From the NCBI RefSeq assembly GCF_001194135.2, contig NC_068995.1, forward strand, positions 1,327,582 through 1,391,581: a stretch of 64,000 nucleotides of DNA. The letters run 5' to 3'. Below are positions 11,101 through 22,781 of this stretch, piece by piece. The translations under genes were made by a program, and so were the position numbers. Source of the stretch: Octopus bimaculoides (Eukaryota). Numbering within the stretch: position 1 is the first letter of the stretch; each line of letters begins with the position of its first letter. Under the pieces are notes generated by a model. It made no database searches. It saw only the letters and a program-made list of their open reading frames with translations, and was not told where the DNA came from.

Positions 11101-14100
11101 GATCCATCAAGATAATGGTGGACAATTTGAAAGGTAAGCTGCTTCTCTTGGTTCTTGTTTGACCGCTCTGCATTTTATTGGGCCACGAGAGGAGGGAAGT
11201 TGACCTGCATGGGAAATGAACTCAGAAAACCTGGAGCTAACGAAATACTTGATAATAGTATCATCATCTTTGTAGCTTTAACATCCACTTTTCCATGCTT
11301 ATATGAGATGGGCAGAGTTCATTTCTGTGACTGGATGCCCCACCCGTGAGGTCATGTGCTGTTTATCTTGATATGAGATCACCATGTTGCGCACATGGTT
11401 GTGATGCATGTGCCTGGTGTATCCTTATCAGACGGGTAGTCACGATGGGTATATTGGGCTTCGTATATTTTACCCCAGGGTCACTTTGATGGCATGCACT
11501 GCTCTCTCACTCAACAATAATAATAATAATGCTCCTTTCTGCTATAGGCACAAATCCTGAAATTTCAGTGGGGAGGGGCCTAGTTGACTATTTTGACCCC
11601 CACTCCTCCAACAGGTACAGATTTCTTTGACCCTGAAAGAATGGAAAACAAAGGTGATTGAGGTGGAATTGAACAGAGAATGTAAAGCTGGATGAAATGT
11701 TGCTAAGCATTTTCTTGACACGTTAACGATTCTGACAGCTCACCAATAATAATAATAATAATAATTTTTCTAACATGAAGTTACAAGGCCATACTTTTGT
11801 GGCTAGGGGCTGGTTGCTTAAATTGTGCCAATCACTTGAATGATACTTTATTTTCTTGACTCCAGAAGGACGGAAGGCTATGTTGACCGTGGCAGGATAT
11901 TCATGGCTCCCTAATTATCTTTTCCAGAAGATTCTGTTTCTACTGATAACTATGAAGTGACATTTGAGGTTGAAGAACTACGGAGGGTCTCTGGTGGCAT
12001 CAACACCTTAATTGGTACCAATGATGCAAGTCTTGTGAGTAGGATGCTGTTAAAATCTTTACCTTTATTTTCTTTGTGACCCTCAATATTTCATTGGTCA
12101 GTTTTAGCCTGTTCTTGAGCCACTAAATGGCTAGTGTTATGTCTGGTTCCATCAGTTTTGTAACCAGGCCACTGTGGTGTAATATTCTTCAGTTGGGTAT
12201 CATGTTTGTTCCAGTGCTGTGATGTAGTGGTACGTGTTGTGTATCCTTGTTGTGAGGTGTTGTCCACTGCAGTGAAGTGGTTTAGCCCCAGGTCAACCCT
12301 GCTCCAGTAGACTCATGATCAAACACAGTCTAGCCATAACATGGTATATAAAGTATTGTGGTATTATCATGTGCAGTGTATGGCATGATCTCTGTGTCAA
12401 GGTTACAGTATGTGTGGTAGTAGTAGTAGTAGTAGTATGTATAGCTGTAATAGTTTGGTCATTCTCTCTGGTTGTGTGGGTCTAGATGCTTGGTTATTCT
12501 CTCCATGTTTGTATGTTTGTGGTTATAGTTGCTCAGTCACCCCCCCCCTCTCTCTCTCTCTCAAGATTAAGAAATATATTCTGTTTTTTTTTTTTCTTTG
12601 ACAGTTGCTGGGAATGAAATTACCCAACATGTTTGGTCGAGGTGAAAAATCTATATTTGAATATTCTCACGGTACCAAGACTAACCGAGGACAAAACTTC
12701 ACATTCTATGCTCCCTTACATGGCAACCCTGACACAATGTAAGCTGGCCCCTTATTGTTCTTGTTATTATTATTATTGTTGTTGTTGTTGAGTTGGTAGA
12801 ATCATTGGAGCATCTGGAAGAATGCTTTGTGGTATTGCTTTTGGATCTTTATGATCTGTGTTCAAATCCCATCAAAGTCAATTTTGCTTTTCCTCCTTCC
12901 TCACCCTCACTTCCTGGACACCTCTGTCTTCACCCCTTAGGACTCGTAGGGTCAATTATCTGGCTTCCATGAGATATAAGTGACCAAGATCACAACGTTT
13001 CCCCTGGAGAGGACGACAGTCTTTCGCAGGCTTTACTCACTTGCGGCTGTCTGGAACAATGTGAAATGAAGTGTTTTTCTCAAGAATGCAATTCACTGCT
13101 TGGTCTGTGAATTGAAACCATAATTTTGTAATTGTGAGTACAACTCCCTAGGCCATGCGTCTTCACTCTCTCATCTCTCTAAGGTTGATAAAATAAGATA
13201 CTGGTCGAGTACTGAGGTTGATGGTAGTAACTAGCCCCTCCCCTCAAAATTGCAACTTAAATCAAGTCAGAGCTGGCGGAATCGGTAGAGCATCATCAAA
13301 ACTGCTTTAATCCGTTCAGATTACTTTTGTCAAATCTTATGTTTAATCGTTCACCAAAACATTATTTCATAGTTTTGAGATTTCGATGACATTGTAGGGT
13401 TGGTGTGAGAGGCTGGATCTGGCCAGTTTGAACAATAAAATGAGTAGAATACTTAGGCCACCTGGTGGCTGGAACCTGGGCATTCTCTGACCACCTCCTT
13501 CTGATGCTGGTCTGGTGAGGTTGAGCCTAGCACTGTTACAGTATCTGGTGTTGTCAGAGCCTTCTCGAACAACAGTAAGATAGTTGTTTTTGATTACCAC
13601 TACCACCACCTCTGTCACCCCACACACTACTACCACCTCCTCCACTTCTCCGCTTCTCCCCATTACCACTGCCATTACCACTACTGTCATCATTACCACT
13701 TCCCACACCACCACCACCACCACAACGATATCGTCCATGTTGTCTTTCTTTGTACAGGTTCAGTTCAGGGGTGTACCAGTCCAGTATGGAATATCCCTGG
13801 AGTGGTTACGTAGAGACCAGTCGAGGAACGTCTATTGACTTCACCGTAAGTGTTGCTTTTGTCCATTGCTTCTCAACCTTTTTTTCCTTTTATTATTAAA
13901 GTACCCTTCAATCGTCGGGCAATATGCTGCAGTTGAGAAGACCGGTTGAGTCAGGTGAAATCGTCGTGGCTGATGCCAGTGCCATCTGACTGGCTCCCGT
14001 GCCAGTGGCACATAAAAAGCACTCACTGCACTCTCGGAGTGGTTGGCGTTAGGAAGGGCATCCAGCTGTAGAAACCTTGCCAGATCAGATTGGAATTTGG

Positions 14101-15565
14101 TGAGGCTTCCTGGCCTGCCAATCCTCAGTCAAACCATCCAACCCATGACACCAAGGAAAGCAGACGTTAAATGACGACGATGATGATATTGGTGACACGG
14201 GGTGACACTACTTTTTGGCAGTGGAGGCAATAAAACACACATGCATACAGATACACACACACATGCACACACGCACACACACACACATATATGAAAGAGA
14301 AAGTATGAAAGAAACACTTAACTACTTGATGTCAAATAAGTGAGCTTTGACTCAGTGGTGCCAAATTGGTGCCAGAATGATTAACCCCCCCCCCTCCACA
14401 GGTATTTAATAGTTGAATTTGGTATTTTGTTTGTTCTTTTATCCTAGTTACCTTCATATTTTGGCTCTCATTGTCTGCGTCTTGAAGGAGTCTGGAGAGA
14501 TTTACGAGCTTTATCACGAACAACTGCATTTGCTGTCAGAGAGCAAGCCGGACACACGTTAAAATCTTCAATAAAGGTAAAAACCAAAAAATCTTTTCAC
14601 TTTTTTAATACTTTACAGGTGTTTTTTTCTTTCAAGGCAACTTATTTGGCAGAATCGTTAATGCATCAGACAAGATGCTCGGTAGAATTTTCTCCATCTT
14701 TACCTTCTGAATTCTGCCAAGGTTATCTGTGCCTTTCATCCTTTCAGGGTCGATAAAATAAGTACCAGTTGAATGTTGGGGGTTGATGTAATCAATTAGT
14801 CATCTCCCCCGAAATTGCTGGCCTTGTGCCAAAATTGGAGACCAATATTTTATGTTTTTACCAGAATCCTCTCCATTCCAGATGGAATTGGTTATTAGAC
14901 TTTTTATCTTTTTAGTTTTCACCTTTGACTTGTTTCAGTCATTGGACTGTGGCCATGCTGGAGCATCACTTTGAAGGGTTTTAGCCAAACAAATGGACTC
15001 CAGTACTTTTCAAGTCTGGTACTTATTCTATCAATCTCTTTTGCCAAACCACTAAGTTACGGAAACATGAACTAACCGACACCAGTTGTCAAATACATAC
15101 ATATGACAGACTTCTATACAGTGATCAAAGCCTTGTGAGTGGATTTGGTAGACAGAAATGAAGAAGACAATAATGATGATGATGATACTGATGGTGGTGG
15201 TGGTGATACTGATAATGACAATTATGATAATGATGTTAATAATCTTCTCCCCTCCCCATCTCTTTGCAGCATGAATTTGTCAAAGACACAAGAGACGACC
15301 CAATAATTCCACGACATGGTTTCCTGCTGAAAATTATTGACGTAAGTGAAGAAATCTAATGATTTCTAATGGGTTTTAGGATCTTTACAGGTTTAGGGAT
15401 CTGTTGCTAAGCAATGGCCCTGAATGTACCCCCCCACACACACACACGTGTCAGTTTGTTGGGTGAAATGTAATCATCACCATCAAATGATGATAACGAC
15501 TACATTTCACCCTGACTCAGACATTTCCTGCCATCTACACAACCTATCCTGACACACCTGTCCAA

Positions 15566-15601
<36 letters not shown>

Positions 15602-15759
15602 ATATATATACATATACACATACATACTCTACTTTCTATACATTGACCATTCTCTCAAATATTTGATTCCACAACAGATCTCTTGCCTTACCACTATTCC
15701 CATTCACAGAACACAGCCCCAACCAAGCCATACATTCTTCCTCTCAAACACACCCTCCC

Positions 15760-15799
<40 letters not shown>

Positions 15800-16799
15800 G
15801 CTCTTGCTACAAAGTCACTAAGTTGAGCAGAAGATGCAGTGTGTTATGTGCACCTTTCTCTCTCGGTGTTGCAGGAATATGCAGGACTTGGTGGTAACGT
15901 GGAATATTTGAAAAACGAAATAGAATTTCAGGGGACGAAATCCTTATTCTTCGATTGTGTAAGTAAATATTTTACTGTTTTATTTTTATTATTTATAAAG
16001 GAGTCAATGTTGTTAATGTGTTTAAGCCTACGACATTAATTAATTAGCTAAAAGTAGGAAAGGCATCTAGCCCTAGAATCCATGCCAAAACAGGCACTAG
16101 AGGAAGCATGAGGCAGTCATAAGACCCATCAGATCCTGTCAAACCATTCCACTCATGTCAGCTTTGAACACGGATGTTAAATGATGATGAAATAATTATG
16201 AGGAAATAATTGATTGATGGCTAGTTAAGTTAATGTTAACATATTTAATACAGAGGGGATTAAAAAGTTAATTAGAAATAATTATGTGGTGGGACAGATA
16301 TACAGAAAGATTAATTAGTTTTTTGCATATTTAATACAAGGAATATTAGAAAGTCAACTAAAAATAATTGTATGATGAGACATATTTGTGGGTTGATAAG
16401 TAAATGTATTTGATAGAGAGAGAGAGTATTACAATGTTAATATCTATGAGTCGTGGCAAATGGAGAGATTGTTAAGTGAAGGTAAATGTATTTTATGTAT
16501 GAAATGATAAAAAGCTGAGGAGAAAAAAATGGAATGTGTGGTGAGGATGGTTGTGGGGTTCGATTCCTATGCACGGCACTTTGGGTAAATATCTTCTACC
16601 AACTGTCATTAGGTGGTGTTGTTGTTTTACAGAGTGTACAGATGTCGTTAGCTGGTGGAATGATGAAACCTCTTGCAACTAATAACGAGCTGAAAATTAA
16701 TGATCGATTTTTCCTTGGAGGACCTTTGACCCTGAGAGGGTTCACACTGAAAGGAGTTGGACCACACAGTGATGGTACTTCAATTTTTGGTTTTATTTC

Positions 16800-16853
<54 letters not shown>

Positions 16854-18161
16854 NNNNNNNNNNNNNNNNNNNNNNNNNNNNNNNNNNNNNNNNNNNNNNN
16901 NNNNNNNNNNNNNNNNNNNNNNNNNNNNNNNNNNNNNNNNNNNNNNNNNNNNNNNNNNNNNNNNNNNNNNNNNNNNNNNNNNNNNNNNNNNNNNNNNNNN
17001 NNNNNNNNNNNNNNNNNNNNNNNNNNNNNNNNNNNNNNNNNNNNNNNNNNNNNNNNNNNNNNNNNNNNNNNNNNNNNNNNNNNNNNNNNNNNNNNNNNNN
17101 NNNNNNNNNNNNNNNNNNNNNNNNNNNNNNNNNNNNNNNNNNNNNNNNNNNNNNNNNNNNNNNNNNNNNNNNNNNNNNNNNNNNNNNNNNNNNNNNNNNN
17201 NNNNNNNNNNNNNNNNNNNNNNNNNNNNNNNNNNNNACACACACACACACATACATACATACAATCATATACAAACACATGTGCACATATGTGTGTGTAA
17301 AAGGTTGCATTCTTGTATATCCAAACATTAACTGAGCCATTTGAGAAATAGAGATCAATAAAATAGTCCCTGGAATGAAATAAGAGCTGGAGGAGGTTTG
17401 ACTGACTAAGATATACCCGTAAAGGCTTGCTCCAGCATGGCCACATTCCAATGCTTGAAGACAGTAAATGTGTGAAGAAATATGTATTTATGTGTCTATA
17501 TGTTTTTTGTTCATGTTTGTTTGTTGTTTTTGTTTCTAGGTAACGCATTAGGTGCTGACACCTACTGGCTGGCAGCGTTACACCTGTATACACCTCTACC
17601 ATTCCGACCTGGAAAAGGCGGCTTCGGAGAACTGTTTAGAACTCACCTGTTTGTAAATGCTGGAAACTTGGCCAACTTGAAGCTCAGTAAGTGATGATGT
17701 TGATGTTGTTCATTATGATGATGATGATGATGATATTACTAAATGATGGTAATGGTGTTTGACGGCAGTGGTGGTGGTAGTCTCTATAATTGTATCTTTG
17801 ACTATACCTGTCTATAGTTGATTCCAGCTGCCTGTTGCTCTCTCTCTCTCTCTCTCTCTCTAAACAATGTTAAAGATGGTTTTTCATCCTCTGAACTGTA
17901 TTTCATTGCCTAAAATCTAAATTACCGTTTCTTTCTCTCTTTTTCATCCACAGGTGATGGTCCGAGGGGAATATTAAATGGTCTGAAATCAAACTACAGA
18001 GTATCGTATGGCGGTGGAATTGTCCTTCGGATGGGACGAGTGGCTCGCCTTGAATTGAATTACGTTGTGCCCTTACACATATGTCAAGGAGACAGGTACG
18101 TGTGTCGCATATATATCCATATAACATACAGGCATACATTTATCACCCACTTTTATACATA

Positions 18162-18198
<37 letters not shown>

Positions 18199-19172
18199 NN
18201 NNNNNNNNNNNNNNNNNNNNNNNNNNNNNNNNNNNNNNNNNNNNNNNNNNNNNNNNNNNNNNNNNNNNNNNNNNNNNNNNNNNNNNNNNNNNNNNNNNNN
18301 NNNNNNNNNNNNNNNNNNNNNNNNNNNNNNNNNNNNNNNNNNNNNNNNNNNNNNNNNNNNNNNNNNNNNNNNNNNNNNNNNNNNNNNNNNNNNNNNNNNN
18401 NNNNNNNNNNNNNNNNNNNNNNNNNNNNNNNNNNNNNNNNNNNNNNNNNNNNNNNNNNNNNNNNNNNNNNNNNNNNNNNNNNNNNNNNNNNNNNNNNNNN
18501 NNNNNNNNNNNNNNNNNNNNNNNNNNNNNNNNNNNNNNNNNNNNNNNNNNNNNNNNNNNNNNNNNNNNNNNNNNNNNNNNNNNNNNNNNNNNNNNNNNNN
18601 NNNNNNNNNNNNNNNNNNNNNNNNNNNNNNNNNNNNNNNNNNNNNNNNNNNNNNNNNNNNNNNNNNNNNNNNNNNNAGAATTTTCAAGCGACTGATAGCA
18701 ATTCCGTTGTGTCTCTCTTTAGTTTCTCTCCTGTCGACTTTTCCTTGAAAAAGGCCTCTGTCCAAAACTTTGGATTTTTCTCCCCCCACAGCAATTTCTC
18801 TTTTTGTTTGGGATTCTGTCTTATGTATACCATAAATACATTTTGAACATACATTGGATGGTGAAAACTTCACAACTTACCAAAGCACTGAGCTTCTTAT
18901 TTCCAATCAACAACCTAAACAATAACATTTGTTACTGAACTCTTCAGTTTCCTATGAATTTACTAAATAGCTCTACCTTCAGTGTTGAGAACTCTGTTTT
19001 TTCATTCTGAAATGTGTATGTGTATATGTATGGCTGTCTGTCTTGTACTCCCTCTGTTCCTTCTTGTCTTCTCTCTCTGTCTGTCCATCTTATTTCTTGC
19101 TTTTATTTCATTTTCTTTTTCTTCAGTGTCAACCCTGGTCTTCAGTTTGGCATTGGCTTCGTGTTCTTGTGA
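8055..19172 (+). CDS. SAMM50: Sorting and assembly machinery component 50 (Sam50, Omp85/BamA family), full gene span, 13 coding exons, 448 aa
   Basis: Hand-spliced exons give 1347 nt = 448 aa + TGA, with all introns GT..AG and consistent phases. Motifs match Sam50: POTRA '[14 protein letters not shown]', '[10 protein letters not shown]', 'EGVWRDL', '[14 protein letters not shown]', '[30 protein letters not shown]', 'ARLELNY', and the C-terminal beta-signal '[10 protein letters not shown]'. The start at ATG 8055 is inferred as the first in-frame ATG after splicing. Confidence 0.97.
8863..8964 (+). CDS. SAMM50: SAMM50 coding exon 2 ([34 protein letters not shown])
   Basis: tttcAG|gca ... gag|GTGAGT; POTRA motif GLGRTKND. 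Confidence 0.95.
9628..10046. mobile_element. 419-bp non-autonomous TIR element (Merlin- or MULE-like) with 9-bp TSD, in SAMM50 intron
   Basis: About 85-bp TIRs (9628-9710 and 9961-10046), the first 24 bp identical (GGTAATCTTCCAGTTTCGAGAGGT). Exact TSD GTATCCGTT at 9619-9627 and 10047-10055. Confidence 0.92.
11046..11133 (+). CDS. SAMM50: SAMM50 coding exon 3 ([29 protein letters not shown])
   Basis: ttccAG|atg ... aaa g|GTAAGC; LGLFR motif of the POTRA domain. Confidence 0.95.
11928..12034 (+). CDS. SAMM50: SAMM50 coding exon 4 ([36 protein letters not shown])
   Basis: ttttccAG|aa ... ctt|GTGAGT; [10 protein letters not shown] motif. NAGNAG acceptor, so the start could be 11931. Confidence 0.93.
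12605..12738 (+). CDS. SAMM50: SAMM50 coding exon 5 ([15 protein letters not shown]...LHGNPDT)
   Basis: tttgacAG|ttg ... aca at|GTAAGC; KLPNxxGRGE motif. Confidence 0.95.
13758..13845 (+). CDS. SAMM50: SAMM50 coding exon 6 ([30 protein letters not shown])
   Basis: tgtacAG|g ... acc|GTAAGT; YPWS..ETxRG motif. Confidence 0.95.
13905..14187 (+). mobile_element. RTE-LINE 3' end or RTE-dependent SINE with (GAT)n tail
   Basis: ..ggagtggttggcgttaggaagggcatccagctgtagaaac..aacccatg..gacgttaaatgacgacgatgatgat. Copies at about 4780-5037 (+), 7322-7490 (-), 7770-7885 (+), 39220-39540 (-), 40730-40965 (+) and 49090-49230 (+). Confidence 0.8.
14448..14576 (+). CDS. SAMM50: SAMM50 coding exon 7 ([19 protein letters not shown]...GHTLKSSIK)
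   Basis: atcctAG|tta ... aag|GTAAAA; EGVWR and GHTLKSS motifs. Confidence 0.95.
15270..15341 (+). CDS. SAMM50: SAMM50 coding exon 8 ([24 protein letters not shown])
   Basis: ctttgcAG|cat ... gac|GTAAGT; Omp85 DTRD..IP..G motif. Confidence 0.95.
15875..15958 (+). CDS. SAMM50: SAMM50 coding exon 9 ([28 protein letters not shown])
   Basis: gttgcAG|gaa ... tgt|GTAAGT; EYAGLGG motif. Confidence 0.95.
16633..16774 (+). CDS. SAMM50: SAMM50 coding exon 10 (SVQMSLAGG...[14 protein letters not shown]...GPHSD)
   Basis: ttttacAG|agt ... gat g|GTACTT; Omp85 loop-6 LRGF motif. Confidence 0.96.
17540..17686 (+). CDS. SAMM50: SAMM50 coding exon 11 ([22 protein letters not shown]...[10 protein letters not shown])
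   Basis: tttctAG|gt ... ctc a|GTAAGT; near-identical to the vertebrate [12 protein letters not shown] motif. Confidence 0.97.
17954..18095 (+). CDS. SAMM50: SAMM50 coding exon 12 (SDGPRG...[32 protein letters not shown])
   Basis: ccacAG|gt ... gac ag|GTACGT; SYGxGIVLR and ARLELNY motifs. Confidence 0.96.
19127..19172 (+). CDS. SAMM50: SAMM50 last coding exon ([15 protein letters not shown])
   Basis: ttttcttcAG|t gtc ... ttg TGA; encodes the beta-signal QFGIGFVFL. Confidence 0.95.
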
Positions 19173-19451
19173 TACCACTTACCATTCTACCATTGTAGTT
19201 ATATTTCCGGTTGAGTCTGGTCCAGCCCTCTCCATCCACCATCGACCGGTGCCGGACATTACTGAATCCAGCCTGTACTGGTCATTCATGAACTTCTTGT
19301 CTGTCCAGTTGGGTATCAAACAGTAAGGTTGCAGTTACAAAACAGCCGTGAAACTACACAAAACTTCTTGGCATTAGTGGAGGGGAGGGTGTGGGCTTTA
19401 GTGGGGGGTGGGGTGGGGACATCTTTCTAAAAAAAACAACCAAAAAAAGAC

Positions 19452-19457
19452 ATTAAA
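19452..19457 (+). promoter_or_regulatory. Possible SAMM50 polyadenylation signal ATTAAA
   Basis: ATTAAA hexamer 280 nt after the stop, followed by T-rich sequence. No transcript evidence. Confidence 0.25.
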
Positions 19458-19909
19458 TTTAAAGCTGTACAGAAGTTTGTTTTTAATCATTTATATTTTG
19501 TGGTGATGTATGTGTGTATGTTAATATATATATATATGCATTTGTGTGTCAGTATATATATATATATATATATATNNNNNNNNNNNNNNNNNNNNNNNNN
19601 NNNNNNNNNNNNNNNNNNNNNNNNNNNNNNNNNNNNNNNNNNNNNNNNNNNNNNNNNNNNNNNNNNNNNNNNNNNNNNNNNNNNNNNNNNNNNNNNNNNN
19701 NNNNNNNNNNNNNNNNNNNNNNNNNNNNNNNNNNNNNNNNNNNNNNNNNNNNNNNNNNNNNNNNNNNNNNNNNNNNNNNNNNNNNNNNNNNNNNNNNNNN
19801 NNNNNNNNNNNNNNNNNNNNNNNNNNNNNNNNNNNNNNNNNNNNNNNNNNNNNNNNNNNNNNNNNNNNNNNNNNNNNNNNNNNNNNNNNNNNNNNNNNNN
19901 NNNNNNNNN

Positions 19910-19940
<31 letters not shown>

Positions 19941-20204
19941 TTATGATTATGATTTTAATGTCCACTTTTCCACGCTTGCATAGGTCTGGTGTAATTTGTT
20001 AAGGCAGATTCTCCACAGCCACTGATCCTCACCTGTCTCTAGACTTATTTTCATGAAAGACACTGCATCTAGGATGGTGGTAATTGTTTACAACTAACAT
20101 GCAATGTCATGAGGAGGACACACATGCATGCATGCGTGTGCAAGACAAAATATGATTGCATGGTTGGGTGGTCGAGAAGTTCAAAAAGAGTGATTGCGCA
20201 TCAT

Positions 20205-21065
20205 TTGTCAACGACCATCCAGTTAGCTGCATTGGGAAACTGATGGAATCCTGCTTCAGAGAAACATTCTTGGATTTCTAGAACTCACACAGCCTAATTG
20301 TTTGATCCTCACAATTTCGATTTATCTCTAACTCGAGCTGCTGTGGTCAACTCATTGAGTTTCTTGAGGACATCAACTGAATCACTGATGGCAGCTCATG
20401 GATGGATCTTATCTCTCTGGACTTTGCTAAAGCCTTCAATTCTGTGCTACACAAATGAGAGATGGTCTTTATAACTGGTTGAAGCCCTTCGTTCTAAAAA
20501 GAGGTAGTTATGGTTCTAGGATATCGATCTTCACCCTATGAGATGATGTCTGGTGTACCACAGGGATCTGTTATTGGGTCCCTGTTGTTTGTTGCATATA
20601 TTAATAACACAGATGCCAACTTGAAGAATGTTACAGTGTTGATATACACAGATGACATCATGTACCTTGAGATAAAAGAAACAGATCCTATATGCTGTAG
20701 GTCTTTCCTGCAATTAGACCTGGATTACTGACTGGCAACTGAAGCTGGCTGTGGACAAGTGTGTCACCATGCATTTTGGAAGGAAAATCTCAGCTTTTAC
20801 ATATTTCCTGCAGAAATATGTAAAAGCTTTTCTTTAGAAGTCTGCTAGTGAACAGGACCAGGGCATTGTCAGCAGTGATCTGTATTGGGAAAACCACATT
20901 TCTAAATTTGTCAAGAAGGCTGAGGATGTCTTGGCATTATTCAGTCAGACTTTTGTCAGCCACTCTCCACATTTCTATTTAAAGCTGTAAATGGCTGTGG
21001 TATGTCCACATTAAAGTTGGCATCACCAATCTTGGTCAGAACATCACCCTCCTGGAAACTGTTCA
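20205..21065 (+). mobile_element. Decayed CR1/L2-type LINE ORF2 (RT domain), same family as 3040-3620
   Basis: Frameshifted remnants SCIGKLMES, MDLISLDFAKAF, SGVPQGSVIGSLLFVAYIN, YTDD and ..ITLLETV, with multiple stops. Confidence 0.85.
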
Positions 21066-22445
21066 TATTCAGATGTAGCTATATTCCACGTCTAAATATA
21101 TGTCCATAACCGTTTGCTTGTCATTTCTAGCAACCATCCTTATTTACAAAACACAAACACCTGACCCACAAATCGTTGTCTGCTTGGTTTTGGTCCCTTC
21201 TCTCATGTAATTTGTGGTTTTTCTTTTATCAGCTGGTAATGTTCGCCCTGGAAATATCAATGGCAGAATAAAATTGGTAGAGATAAATCCTGTGAAAGCC
21301 CTCTCGTGATTTTTATGCTAGACTCAATCTTTTGCCAGCTTTAATATGCCAGTTATCACTCAACGTCCTTCATCAGGGTCCACAGCAACCATTCTGGACA
21401 TGTCTCTAATTTCCTTCTTTTAATCTCAGATGTCACGGGAAAGCACGATGGCAACTGTTTGCCTCCTCCTAGCAACTTCCTGCCAGAGATGAAGATGAAG
21501 ACTGTAGAGCTCAGAGAGCCTGGACCAGGTTAGATCTACATTTGTCCTATTGACATTGGAACCTTTCTGGGTCTCCTTCCAGCTGCAAGTGATGTGTGAC
21601 ATGCTCCCAGCACCAATAAATCTGTGCCATGAGGTGAATGAGGGGCGTGTTGGCTTTGTGGGGAGAAAGGGATTCATGGTGCCAATTCTATCGAGTTAAG
21701 GGAGACTTTGATGGTGCTGATGTCACTCAACAACCTTCTTGGGACAGAAGAAAGGCAAGAAACATTAAACTAGTACCATCAGTCAGGGAGGGGGATTAGA
21801 AACCTTCACTTGTGGCTAGAGTAACAATTTACTACGAAGGAGCCGATTCTGCTGGACGAGAATTCTGTCGTGAAAACGCTAAGATAACCCTGACCCAACA
21901 GCCTCTTGCAAAGAAGAATGCGATCAGTTCTTTGTATAGAAGAGTGTGAACTAAGAGAACCATTTGCCAATTTATAGGGAAAAAGGTAATGATGGCTGAC
22001 ACGGTTATTGCCTGTCGGCTGTGTAAAAGTCCATGGCTATTGGAATGACAAAAAGAGAGAAAAAGACAATCACTGATGAGATGAAAGAGAGAGTGAGAAA
22101 AGAAAGGGTCAATTTGTTAATGGAGAGGGGGAAACGATCTAAGTTGGAAACCAGGATGGGAAGGTGATTTGGTCACCACTGGCGACCTGCCATAGGTAAG
22201 TTCTGGCTTATAAAATCCAATAAACGTTGGACTCAGACGACATCAACTCCTGTTGGTCAAGTTGGATGAAGTAAAAAGAATATTACAATGTAAGTATTCA
22301 ACGTTTGAAGTATAACAAAAAAAAATTTTTTTTTCAAAGGAATTATCTCCCTTCGAATAATTGCGGAGTAATCTCCCTTTGAATAATTGCGGAGTAATCT
22401 CCCTTGTATACTAACCACCGTCTACCACTTACACTTCAGTTTTCC

Positions 22446-22540
22446 GGCGTGGCACCTTGGGCAAGTGTCTTCTACTATAGCCTCAGGCCGACCAAAGCCT
22501 TGCGAGTGGATCTGGTAGACGGAAACTGAAAGAAGCCTGT

Positions 22541-22586
<46 letters not shown>

Positions 22587-22781
22587 TGTGTGTGTGTGTG
22601 TGTGAGTGTCTATGTGTTTGTACCCTTACCATCACTTGACAACCAATGTTGCTGTATTTATGTCCCTGTAACTTAGCGGTTCAGCAAAAGAGGCTGCGAT
22701 TGATTTCTTTGGCTAAAAAAACCCTTTAAGGTGGTGCTCCAGCATGGTCGCAGTCAAATGACTGAAACAAGTAAAAGAATA
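22446..22781 (+). mobile_element. SINE family A (tRNA-derived head, internal (TA)n(TG)n microsatellite, ...GCTCCAGCATGG..TGACTGAAACAAGTAAAAGA tail)
   Basis: The same modules recur at 391-507, 14930-15130, 32428-32788, 45590-45780 and 47140-47340. Confidence 0.8.

Noticed and set aside
21340-21400. CTGATGAAGG on the minus strand (hammerhead core as in Penelope-like elements); also a degenerate CTTGAAAAAGG..CCAAAAC at about 18748
   Set aside because: There is no stem II or GAAA at the right distance, so no intact ribozyme can be drawn. At most these are decayed remnants.
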